This document shows positions 19,087 through 28,800 of a stretch of 64,000 bases of DNA, piece after piece. The notes beneath the pieces were generated by a model. That model ran no database searches and was not told the origin of the DNA. It worked only from the letters and a program-made list of their open reading frames with translations. The translations under genes were made by a program, and so were the position numbers. Position 1 is the stretch's first letter. The number at the start of each line of letters is the position of its first letter. The stretch is from Planctomycetota bacterium (GTDB taxonomy: Bacteria > Planctomycetota > Planctomycetia > Pirellulales > Pirellulaceae). The stretch covers positions 2,302-66,301 of the forward strand of contig JAPOIJ010000002.1 of NCBI GenBank assembly GCA_029979005.1, written 5' to 3'.

Positions 19087-19338
19087 TTAATTGGTTTCGG
19101 CAACGACGTTAATCCGTCGTCCCTTGCGATCAAACATGACGTTTCCGTCGACGAGCGCGAAGAGTGTGTAGTCATTTCCTTGGCCAACACCCTTTCCCGG
19201 GTGCCATTTATTTCCAACTTGTCGAATAAGGATGTTTCCTGCAACGACGCGTTCTCCGCCAAACTTTTTGACCCCTCGGCGTTGAGCGTTGGAATCACGC
19301 CCGTTTCGACTGGAGCCTTGTCCCTTTTTATGGGCCAT
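19087..19338 (-). CDS. rpmA: 50S ribosomal protein L27
   Basis: [28 protein letters not shown]...GNILIRQ. Confidence 0.98.
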   Translation of the reverse strand: MAHKKGQGSSRNGRDSNAQRRGVKKFGGERVVAGNILIRQVGNKWHPGKGVGQGNDYTLFALVDGNVMFDRKGRRINVVAETN

Positions 19339-19453
19339 TGAACTGCTTTCTTTGTTCTCAAATACTCATTTTAAATTTCGGCGATTCGATCGCCGAGCGG
19401 CGCGATTCCCGAAAAATCAGGTGCCTGGGTCCGATAAAATCGGAAGGGAGATT

Positions 19454-20731
19454 TTAGCGGTAAATCCACATATGATCAAGGCTTTTAATGAAGCGGATTC
19501 CGTCAAAGTCTTTTTCCCAGAACTGGGGTTCCAAAACTAACGTGTAGCTGTCATTTCCCTGTTTAAATGACCACTTTTTGCCCGGAATCAGCGTTGTTAA
19601 CGGGGTGTTGGCGTCTAAGGTAATTCCAGCATTTTCGAAAGATTTCAGAATTGAAGGGGGCAGTTTCCCCTGATCCAGTTGGGGAGCGATTGAGGAGTTA
19701 AAGTCCTCTAAGCTAATTTGAGCATCGGTTTCGGTCACTAAAACATCCCGTTTGGCCTCTTCATTTTTGAAATAGCCTCGGAAGATTGGTCCAGGTAAAT
19801 CGTATCGTTGGGTTACCAGGGCCTGCATCGCGGGGTCGTCAATTAGTGGAATGCCAAATTTTACAAAGTCAGATGCCTCATTAACTGAATCACCCGGACG
19901 CCAAAAGTTGAGTTGCAGCGTTTTCAGTTTCGACGGTGCGGAAACTGGGTCTGAGAGGCGGAACGCATTGGTAAGGCCTTGGACAAATACACTTACAAAG
20001 TCAATTCGCGGGTCGACGTTCTCCCAAATGGCAACTCCCCAGACACCTCGGTCGGTATCGTTTTTAGCGGTCGGGATTTTGGCTTGCGACATCTGGTGAC
20101 TGTCAAACAAAACTTGGTTGGGGTCTTCCTTTTGTCGAATTTGTTCTAAAGCAATGGGGGAGATCGTGTCCCGATATGAGACTTTTTGGTATCCATTGTC
20201 TACCGGAACCCATCCTTCTAGTGTGAAACGCGGAAGGAATTTTTTCTCTTGCGAGTCGATTGATTTATCGAAGTCGATTTCCTTTGTAATGTGATCGAAT
20301 TTTGGGTTTTGTTTCACATCACTAATCGTCATGGTTTGGCCAGTGTCTCGAATTCGGTAGACCATGTACCAATAATTTCGCGTGGCAGCTTTACCATTAC
20401 CAGTTGGGATTCGCAGTCTGGCTTGCCTTAGTCCGGTGAATGAAAATTCGTATTGCCAGACATTATTTCGGAACATAACGACACTGCGAGATTGACCGAA
20501 AAGTGTCTTTTTCTGTGCAATCGTTTTCGGGTCGAATTTGGTTGCGTTCAAGTCAGGCATTACCATGGGCAGTGAGAACATATCCCGTGGATCCAGGTTC
20601 TCCGGCACTGTCTTGAGCACGCCTTTGGCAAGCGGGCGAGGCGCGTCGGTTTGCGCGTCCGTATAATTAGTCAATGAGGCGAAAGCCACAAGAGACATTG
20701 CGAATCCAAAAATTAAGCGGTGACTCTGCAT
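19454..20731 (-). CDS. Hypothetical exported protein
   Basis: Long clean ORF; signal peptide MQSHRLIFGFAMSLVAFASLTNYTDAQ; no family recognised. Confidence 0.7.
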   Translation of the reverse strand: MQSHRLIFGFAMSLVAFASLTNYTDAQTDAPRPLAKGVLKTVPENLDPRDMFSLPMVMPDLNATKFDPKTIAQKKTLFGQSRSVVMFRNNVWQYEFSFTGLRQARLRIPTGNGKAATRNYWYMVYRIRDTGQTMTISDVKQNPKFDHITKEIDFDKSIDSQEKKFLPRFTLEGWVPVDNGYQKVSYRDTISPIALEQIRQKEDPNQVLFDSHQMSQAKIPTAKNDTDRGVWGVAIWENVDPRIDFVSVFVQGLTNAFRLSDPVSAPSKLKTLQLNFWRPGDSVNEASDFVKFGIPLIDDPAMQALVTQRYDLPGPIFRGYFKNEEAKRDVLVTETDAQISLEDFNSSIAPQLDQGKLPPSILKSFENAGITLDANTPLTTLIPGKKWSFKQGNDSYTLVLEPQFWEKDFDGIRFIKSLDHMWIYR

Positions 20732-21179
20732 AATAAGTTGCCAGTCAAAGGGAGTGAATAAGGTTTGCAAGGGTTTACCAAAGCGTAGCCTTGAGCCCTC
20801 GAAACAGGATGAAATTGCCGTCAAATTCTACGTTTTAAGTATAGTTGCCCGTTTTTCACAGGGTCAAGTTTAAGATGAATTGATGACGTTAAAAGTCCAT
20901 AATCAACTATTGCGGTTGTGACGATTAGCCCAATGTTTTGAGTTGCAACGTCCCCCGCCCGCGTGATTCGCACTGCCATTTCCTGAATTCACAGGATTGG
21001 GCATTCGAAGATCGATAGCTGATTGCGGGTGTTTTTTAATTGAAACCTAGCCAAATGTCCCTAAAAACACGCTTTTATTGGGCTTTTTTAAGTAAAGCCG
21101 ACTCACAAAGAGGCGTATCTAGGAGATGGTAACCGGCTTCTCCGTCGAACTATTTTTCGACAAAACTGGGTAGGATCAA

Positions 21180-21779
21180 TCAGTCAAAAATTCCTTTCCC
21201 GAATTCTCCGGGTGATGTGCCTGATGATTCTTGTTCGGTGTTATTTCGCTGATTGTGCGGAGTAGGCGGAATATCGGTTCCCTGATCCTGTCGGATCCCT
21301 TCTGGTTGAGGGTTCGTTTGCTTTTGATGTGCGTTGTCATGCAGCGGTTTGGCAACGGTTTCCTCATTGAAGTCCTCATCGTATCGGGAGCGGTATCCTG
21401 GTTTCGAGGCGAGTTCAGTCTCGATATTCAGCTCTTTGATTACGCGATTTTGGATCATCTCACGGCATCTGGCATTAACTGGGTGCGCAATGTCGGCGTA
21501 GAGCTTAGCTCGTCCACCGGAATCATGTTCAATGTGGTCTGAATTCAATTGACTTCCACAATGATTGCAGAAGCTCGCTCTGAGGTGATTTTTGGTTCTG
21601 CACTTATAGCAATTCGATGTAAGCTTGCGGCTTGGCATCGCGACAAAAGGCCCATTGTTACCCTCGATGATTTTCAAATCTCGAACGACGAAACAATCGT
21701 CAAACGTGACACTGCAAAATCCTCTTAAGCGATCTTCGGCGCTTTCAATTAATTTAATTCTGACTTCCGTAATCTCCAT
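21180..21779 (-). CDS. spoVG: SpoVG family nucleic-acid-binding protein with zinc-ribbon insertion
   Basis: MEITEVRIKL..LRGFCSVTFDDCFVVRDLKIIEGNNGPFVAMPSRK, YADIAHPVN..R; insertion CYKC-x10-CNHC. Confidence 0.92.
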   Translation of the reverse strand: MEITEVRIKLIESAEDRLRGFCSVTFDDCFVVRDLKIIEGNNGPFVAMPSRKLTSNCYKCRTKNHLRASFCNHCGSQLNSDHIEHDSGGRAKLYADIAHPVNARCREMIQNRVIKELNIETELASKPGYRSRYDEDFNEETVAKPLHDNAHQKQTNPQPEGIRQDQGTDIPPTPHNQRNNTEQESSGTSPGEFGKGIFD

Positions 21780-21818
21780 TACGTGCTCCTTCGCGTGTTC
21801 CTCGTGTTGTTGGTTTAA

Positions 21819-22769
21819 TCAGGAGGCGATCCGTGTCAGTGTTTGAGTGAAAAAGACTCGAGTGTCAGGGAACCTCGCAGCAAGATATTGGGTCGCATGT
21901 CTTGCTGTACGAGTATTGGGGAAAACGCCGAAGTAACTCGATCCACTTCCACTCATTTGATGGCCGAGGCAATTCAGGCGGGAGAACTCTCTCTTTAAAT
22001 TTAGAAAAGTTTGGGTGATGATGGGACTGATTGGCTCAGCAAATTCTTGCAGTCGATTAAACATGGTGGTTCCCAGCGTATGCGGGTCAAGCCGCTGGAA
22101 GCTACTCATGAATTTACTGGAACCGAGAGGGCGGGTTGGGATGGTAACGCGGTTAAAAATAGATGCGGTAGGAATTCCAAAATCCGGTTTGGCGATGACA
22201 ACTGGTATGCCACAAGCCGATCGAATGGGTTCAATTTTTTCGCCGCGCCCACGACAAATCGCGGTGCCACCGTATAAGAAAAATGGAACATCACTGCCTA
22301 GTTCAGCAGCAACCTGCGATAACTGTTCACGATTCCAGTTAAGTCCCCAAAGTTGATTGCCAGCGAGTAACGCTGCTGCTGCGTTGCTGGACGCTCCTCC
22401 CAGGCCAGCGGCTGATGGGATTTGTTTTTCCAGCTCAACTGAAATACCGTCTTGGCAGCACTTGCCATGCGTTTGTTCGCGAGCAGTCTCGCGAAGCAGG
22501 GTCAGCGCTCGGATGATTAGGTTTCTCTGGTCATTGGGAATTGCGTCTTTTTCTTTCGGAAGGCTTCCAAGTTCCGGCGAGCGAATGCAAAGGCTAAAGT
22601 TCTCGTCCGGGCGACGGGTGAACCCGATTTGGTCAAAAATAGAAACAGTGGACATGACGGTTTCAAGTTCATGAAATCCATCAGGTCGGCGGTTCAGGAG
22701 TTCTAAGAACCAATTGATTTTGGCCGGCGCCGCAATCTCGATTTTGTTAATACTAGAACGCAAGAGCAT
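21819..22769 (-). CDS. ispE: 4-diphosphocytidyl-2-C-methyl-D-erythritol kinase
   Basis: APAKINWFL..RPDGFHELETVM, KQIPSAAGLGGASSNAAA, LGSDVPFF, MSGSGSS. Confidence 0.95.
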   Translation of the reverse strand: MLLRSSINKIEIAAPAKINWFLELLNRRPDGFHELETVMSTVSIFDQIGFTRRPDENFSLCIRSPELGSLPKEKDAIPNDQRNLIIRALTLLRETAREQTHGKCCQDGISVELEKQIPSAAGLGGASSNAAAALLAGNQLWGLNWNREQLSQVAAELGSDVPFFLYGGTAICRGRGEKIEPIRSACGIPVVIAKPDFGIPTASIFNRVTIPTRPLGSSKFMSSFQRLDPHTLGTTMFNRLQEFAEPISPIITQTFLNLKREFSRLNCLGHQMSGSGSSYFGVFPNTRTARHATQYLAARFPDTRVFFTQTLTRIAS

Positions 22770-23200
22770 GGTTTTTTGAACGAGCCAGTGGGTTTGTTGT
22801 GCGGTGAGTGACTTGCCTGAACAGTTGTATTTAAATCAAGAGCCGCTACGCAACGAATCCGAACTATCACTTGCCGGCGTGCGGAAATTATTTGGATGAT
22901 TATTCGAAGTCTTCCCCCATGTTTATAAAGGGTTGCATAAGCATAACCAAGCTACTTGATAAACTTTATTGAGATATCTTTGGCTAATTTAGCAAGCGTG
23001 TTCTGCCCCTTGAATTCGAAGTTAGCGAATTAGTCCTTGCGGTGAACGGTGTTCCCTTCACGTTGTTGGCTTAATATCATGTGTGCGTGGCAAAGAAATG
23101 TAAGTTACGGCTAAAGAGGTAATTCACGTTGTGTTTTGGTTCGCCGTAGTTGGGCGACCGAGGTTGTGGTGGCATGTTTTAATCCGGTGGGATTTCTGAT

Positions 23201-24250
23201 TTGATGGAAGACAAAAAAAAAGAAGTTTCGAATGTTCTCAAGCAGGTTTCGGCCAAAGCATTGCTGTTGCGATCCATTTTTGGTGGTTTTTTGATGGGGC
23301 TGGCCAACCTTGTTCCAGGAATTAGCGGTGGGACGATGCTTTTAGCGTCGGGAGTTTATCCGGCCTTTATTGAAGCCTTGGCAGATTTGACTCGTTTTCG
23401 ATTTCGCTTTCGTTCAATTATCGTAATGGGCGCAGTCGTCGCGTCGGCGGGAATTGGGATTCTGTTGCTTGCCGGTACGCTAAAAGAGTTGGTCGTTCAT
23501 CAGCGTTGGGTGATGTACAGCATCTTTATTGGGTTGACCCTTGGTGGAATCCCAATTGTCTGGAAACTGGCACGTCCTGTAACTCCTGCACTGGTGGGAT
23601 CTGCGTTACTCTCTTTTTGCGCAATGGTTGTTTTGGCAATTTTGCAGTCAAAAGGAATTGTTGGGCAAAGCAGTTCAAATGTCTTGACGCTGTTTATTGC
23701 AGGTTTAGCGGGTGCAAGTGCGATGATTCTCCCCGGATTGTCGGGTGGATATTTGCTTCTACTGCTCGGCCAGTATGTGCCAATTCTTGGCGCAATTGAT
23801 CAGTTTAAAGATGCGCTGTCGAGCCGAGATTTTGGCGCTGCGGTCTCACCAGGATTGTCGGTTTTGTTACCCGTCGGATTGGGAGTTGTTGCCGGAGTGC
23901 TGATGGTGGGGAACTTACTGGAATGGCTGCTCCGGAAATATCGAAAGGCGACGCTTGGTATGCTTCTCGGATTGCTGCTAGGCTCGACCGTAGGCCTGTG
24001 GCCCTTTCAGGAAGGCGTACGACCAGTTCCGGGTGACACCATCAAAGGGGCGGTGGTGACCCTTGAAAACCAAGATGAAATTGAACCGGAGGACTGGAAT
24101 GTGAACTGGGTGCAGCCAGGGTTCGGGCAGATCGTGATCTCGCTGTTGCTAATCAGCGGTGGCGTGGTAGCGACTGTGGGCGTCGCGAAAGTTGGAGCGT
24201 ATCTTGATTCGAGCTCCGGCCATTCTCAAAACGAAGCCTCCGGTCAATAG
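23201..24250 (+). CDS. DUF368 family membrane protein (PopT-like polyprenyl-phosphate transporter)
   Basis: Duplicated motifs GLANLVPGISGGT and AMILPGLSGGYLLLLLGQY; multiple TM helices. Confidence 0.9.
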   Translation: MMEDKKKEVSNVLKQVSAKALLLRSIFGGFLMGLANLVPGISGGTMLLASGVYPAFIEALADLTRFRFRFRSIIVMGAVVASAGIGILLLAGTLKELVVHQRWVMYSIFIGLTLGGIPIVWKLARPVTPALVGSALLSFCAMVVLAILQSKGIVGQSSSNVLTLFIAGLAGASAMILPGLSGGYLLLLLGQYVPILGAIDQFKDALSSRDFGAAVSPGLSVLLPVGLGVVAGVLMVGNLLEWLLRKYRKATLGMLLGLLLGSTVGLWPFQEGVRPVPGDTIKGAVVTLENQDEIEPEDWNVNWVQPGFGQIVISLLLISGGVVATVGVAKVGAYLDSSSGHSQNEASGQ

Positions 24251-24323
24251 ACCGAAGGAGTCGTTGGAATGGAGCACGGGCAGGCATCGCAAGGTAAATG
24301 AGAAGATGCCTGATTAAACCCGC

Positions 24324-24674
24324 TTACTTTTTGATTTTCTTAATTGAAGTTTCTTCATTTTTATCAATGTCGAAAACTTTATTTAGTCGCATCAGTTTAA
24401 AGACTTCCTCGACGTTTTCACCGATAGTACAGAGTCGCAATTTTACTTTTGCTTCTTTGCACTTTTTGCCAAACAGGACCAGCTTTCCGATCATTGCCGA
24501 AGACATAAAGCCAACGTTTTGGAAATTTAATATGATACGAGAGTTGCTGGTGTTGTTGATCAGTTCACCGAGTTCTTGGCCGAGGCTACTGATTCTCGAA
24601 TCATCGATGATTCTAACATCCTGAAAGTAAACGATAAGGACGTTGTCGCCTTCGAAGCGGTTGATCAATGTCAC
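24324..24674 (-). CDS. STAS domain anti-sigma factor antagonist
   Basis: IILNFQNVGFMSSAMIGKL, VEEVFKLMRLNKVF. Confidence 0.9.
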   Translation of the reverse strand: MTLINRFEGDNVLIVYFQDVRIIDDSRISSLGQELGELINNTSNSRIILNFQNVGFMSSAMIGKLVLFGKKCKEAKVKLRLCTIGENVEEVFKLMRLNKVFDIDKNEETSIKKIKK

Positions 24675-24819
24675 GATTTCTTCCTTCTTGGTATTCAGGC
24701 CGTTTGTAATTTCGAGCTGATTTTAATGGATACCGGATTGTACGGTTTTTGTGTGGGTTGTAAAGCAAATCTAAATCCACTGAAGTATATAGCTTCGAAC
24801 TTTAAGTTGGGCAAGTTAA

Positions 24820-25776
24820 ATGCAAATACTAATATTTGAATGGTTGACCGGAGGTGGGCTCTGGATAGATGGAGTTTCCCTCCATTGCGGGTCCGCCGTT
24901 CGGTTGCAGGGGATGCGAATGCTTCAGGCAATTGCTCATGATTTTCTTATTGGGGGGATCGAAGTGATTTTGCCGATTGACAATCGGGTCGTTAGTGAAT
25001 TTCCCGGGGCTGCCGGGCTGACGCTACACCCGATTGGTGAGCGAGTTGACTTGAGAGAAACCTTGTTCAATTTAGCGGAAGATGCTGATCGGATTTTACT
25101 GATTGCTCCGGAAACAGGAGGGTGTTTGTTGGAGTGTTTAAAGTGGCTGGAGCCCTTTCATGACAAACTGGTGAGCCCAAGCGAGGAGTTTGTGAGGATC
25201 GCTTCGAACAAGCGGGCCTCGTTTGAATATTTACAATCCCAAGGATTTAGTCGAGTTTCGAGGGGAATGGAATTTGTTGATTTTTCCAGAGGTTCGATGG
25301 ACAATTTCGATTTCCCAATGGTTATCAAGCCGAGTGATGGCGTCGGGGGAGAGGGAGTGCAGCTGGTTCACGAGCGGGGAGAGTTGGAGCGGTTGGAGGG
25401 CGAGTTAAAGGGGGCGGAGTACTGGATTGAACCATTTTATGAAGGGCTCCCCGTTAGTGTTTCAGTAATCTGTCACGGAGATAGATTCACGTTTCTACCA
25501 GCGACAGAGCAGGTTTTTGATCAGAAACCGTTTGGAGAGTTTGTCAGTTCGCGGTTTCCCATCGATAAGGTTCTGGAACGCAGGGCCCGTCGGTTGGCCG
25601 AAAAGACGATTCGGTTGTTGCCGCCGACTCAGGGATATATCGGTCTAGATATGGTGCTGGGGGCGGAGACTGACTGGTTGATCGAAATCAACCCGCGCCT
25701 GACCATGTCCTATTTGGAATTAAGGAAAGTGTGTTCCTTTAACTTAGCCGTGCGGATGTTGAGTCCGGGAGGCTAA
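24820..25776 (+). CDS. ATP-grasp ligase, MfnD (tyramine-glutamate ligase)-like
   Basis: N-terminal ILIFEWLTGGG, LIAPETGG.L, VIKPSDGVGG, GYIGLDMV, IEINPRLTMSY. Confidence 0.75.
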   Translation: MQILIFEWLTGGGLWIDGVSLHCGSAVRLQGMRMLQAIAHDFLIGGIEVILPIDNRVVSEFPGAAGLTLHPIGERVDLRETLFNLAEDADRILLIAPETGGCLLECLKWLEPFHDKLVSPSEEFVRIASNKRASFEYLQSQGFSRVSRGMEFVDFSRGSMDNFDFPMVIKPSDGVGGEGVQLVHERGELERLEGELKGAEYWIEPFYEGLPVSVSVICHGDRFTFLPATEQVFDQKPFGEFVSSRFPIDKVLERRARRLAEKTIRLLPPTQGYIGLDMVLGAETDWLIEINPRLTMSYLELRKVCSFNLAVRMLSPGG

Positions 25777-25815
25777 CTTATTTTTGTGAATCCCACGTGA
25801 GTTAGCAGTGGCTAA

Positions 25816-28800
25816 CTAGGCTCCTGCTTTTTCAAGTGCAATTTGTTTAATTCCGCGAAGGTCAAGTTTTCCGGTGCCGAGAATAGGCAGGTGATCAACT
25901 TCGATAAATCCTGCAGTCATGGGAATAAAGATATTGGGCAATCCCGCGTCTTTCAGTGACTGCTGCATTTCCTCTACGGTCTTCGTAGTTTTTGTGTGGA
26001 GGACGATTAATCGTTCTCCCTTTTTTTCATCCGGTACAGCCGTTACGGCGACCAACAAATGGTCATCGGAGTCATCAGCAGGTGTCGAGTCAAGAAACTC
26101 TGAGAGGACTTCTTCAATTTTCAGGTGAGGTACCATCTCACCGCCGATTTTTGAAAATCGACTCATCCGCCCAGTGATTTTGATGAAGCCATCGTCATCA
26201 ATGATGGCGACATCACCGGTCTTGTACCATCGTCCATCGAGTACTTCGGCGGTTTCTTTGGGTTTGTTGAGGTAACCTTTCATTACGCTGGGTCCGCAGA
26301 TCCACAGCATTCCTGCTTGGTTGGGGCCGAGGACTTCGCCTGAATCGAGATCAGTTACACGAGCTGCCAAATTCGGCATCGGCCTGCCGACCGTACCTTC
26401 TTTTGCGTCGATCTGAAAATCTTTTTTAGTTTGACGTGAGTAGGGAATGTTAACTGCTGCAACCGGTGAGAGTTCGGTCGTGCCGTATCCCTCTACCGGC
26501 CGCACACCGAATTTATTTTCAAACTCTTCACATAATTCAGGAGGGAGGCGTTCCGCTCCGGCGATGACCATGTTCAGCGAATTAAATTGATCTGGAGTGC
26601 ACCGTCGCATATAGGAGCGTAGGAAGGTCGGAGTAGCCACGATAATAGTGGCCGCAAATTTCTGGGCAATTTTGCCAACAATTTTAGCGTCGAGTGGATT
26701 GAAATGATAAACGCCTCGCGAGTCTGTTGTCATAGGGACCCAGAGTGTTACGGTATAACCCATCGAATGGAAAAATGGTAAGACACCGATCAATGTATCA
26801 TCGGGAACCAGGGAGCCGACACGTTCGATTCCAAGGACGTTACTCATGATGTTTTTGTGAGTCAGCATCACACCCTTGGGGACTCCGGTCGATCCCGAAG
26901 TAAATACAATGGTTAAAGTATCGTCAGGTTTGATTTGATTGAGCCCAAGACTCATGTCGATGAGTGCACCGGGGAGCACGAAGCTTTGCAATGCGCCAAC
27001 CAGTTTATCTAGCCCACTGACTTTTTCTTTGAGGTCATCGAGATAAAAGATATTGCAGTCAAAGTCAAAATTGAATTTTTCGGCAACCTTTCGAGTGGTC
27101 AAGACAGTTCTTATTTCCGCTTCTTTAACGCAGTGATTGATGAGATCGTTTGAAAGCGAGTAATTCAGGTTGATTGCAACACGCTTGTCGAGCGCCAAGG
27201 AAAGGTTGACAATCGCACCGCCGACGGATGGCGGAATAAGGACTCCCACATTTTCTTCTTGATTGTCGAGCACGTGTTTTTTCAACAGGCGTCTCAGGAT
27301 CAACGCGCGGGTTAGCAGTTTCCCTCCGGTTTCTTCCTGATTGGTGGAGTCACCGATTTTTGAGCGAAACTTGTTGCGTTTACAGGCTTTAATAAATGCA
27401 GAAGGGGCAGAGACAAATTTTCCAGCGGGATTATCCATGGTAGTTGCACTAAGCTCTTGAACAGATTGACGGATTGCAAACATCGTATCAGCTTTTTCAA
27501 TCGGTTTGCCAATGTGGACCGAAAGAGGGCGACGAAATGAACGTGGCCACTTTTTTATACTCTTTCCCTGCGAGAAACTAAATATGCTTCCCCAGAGTTG
27601 GTCGAAGTAAACGGGAATGACCGGGGTTTTGTTTTCTTTCAAATTAATGATTTTTGTTAGTCCCGGCTTGAAATTTTTTATTTGACAATCCCGGGAGATG
27701 CCGCCTTCGGGGAACAGTCCCACGACCTCGCCTTCATCGATGATTTGTTTTGCCAGTTTAAGTCCATTGCGAATGGATCTTGGGCCACCGGCGATCAGGA
27801 TGATTCCGCAGAACGCTGCCCATTTCTGGAGGGCCCAATGCGAGAAATTACCGGCCCACGCAATAATGCGAGGTAGACGGGGGACCAAAACGAGAAGGAT
27901 CGCCCCGTCGAGCCAGGAGGAGTGGTTGGCGACCACTACGGCGCCGCCCCGCTTCGGTAGATTTTCAATCCCGTTGATCCTTACCCGGTAAATTATTTTG
28001 AACGCGAGAAAGAACAAGAGTCGGACAGTGGGTTTAATTAAACGGTAAAGTGAATATGCAATTACGGGGATAGTCAGAACGCACATCACCAAAAATATTT
28101 GGCGGGAGCTAAGCAGTGGCAGTGGGCGGATTTGCCGTTGAACTTTGAAAATTTGACGCTGAAATGCGGTTGCCTCTTGTTCGTTGAAGCTGGAATTGTC
28201 GGGGCTGAATTCGGCGACATAATCCTCTAGGCGAAGCGGTTGGGAGACGGTTTCTCGGCGTTCTGAGTCCTTGGCGATTAAAAGTGTTAGGGTCGCCTGA
28301 CGCAGAGGAGCAGGAGCCTCGCTGACAAATTTCTCGATTCCAGGTCGATCGCTAATCGGTGTCTTTTCAAAGCGGTCAATCGTTTCTTCGAGTTGTTTTG
28401 TTTGTGCTTCACTCAAACTTTTTGCCGTAAGTTGAGCGGGTAATTGAGCAATCGTACCTGGTTCGGTTGATTGCGTACAAAACAACATCACGCCAAAGAA
28501 GAGCAGAATACTGCTGAAGGCAAGGCAGTTGGTGGCAGCGAGGATGGAGCCGCGTTTTTCAATAGGACTGTTGTGTTGTAGGTAAGATGCCAGTGGAACG
28601 TCGAAAACACCTGCGCTAAATCCAAGGCCAGCAAGGAAGATAAAGGTCAGGATCTTGTCGAAGTTGTACGGATCTCCATTAATAAAATCCGGAGGGGTCA
28701 ACCATAATAGAAATGAGAAAATCGCAACTCCCGTTGCCCCGATTGGCACCAGGCCAAGTTCGATTCTGCCAGCAGATATTAGTCCGGCGGCAACACTCCC

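Noticed and set aside
19378-19396. Hairpin TCGGCGA-ttcga-TCGCCGA in the rpmA leader as a regulatory RNA
   Set aside because: A single 7-bp stem with no U-tract and no match to a leader family I recognise.
23213-23221. A9 run near the 5' end of the DUF368 gene as a phase-variation site
   Set aside because: The gene is in frame, the run encodes a Lys stretch in a non-conserved N-terminus that may precede the true start, and nothing else supports switching.
24764-24779. Possible minus-strand sigma-54 promoter TGGATTTAGATTTGCT upstream of the STAS gene
   Set aside because: The -12 box is good but the -24 box lacks CAC; could be chance in AT-rich DNA.
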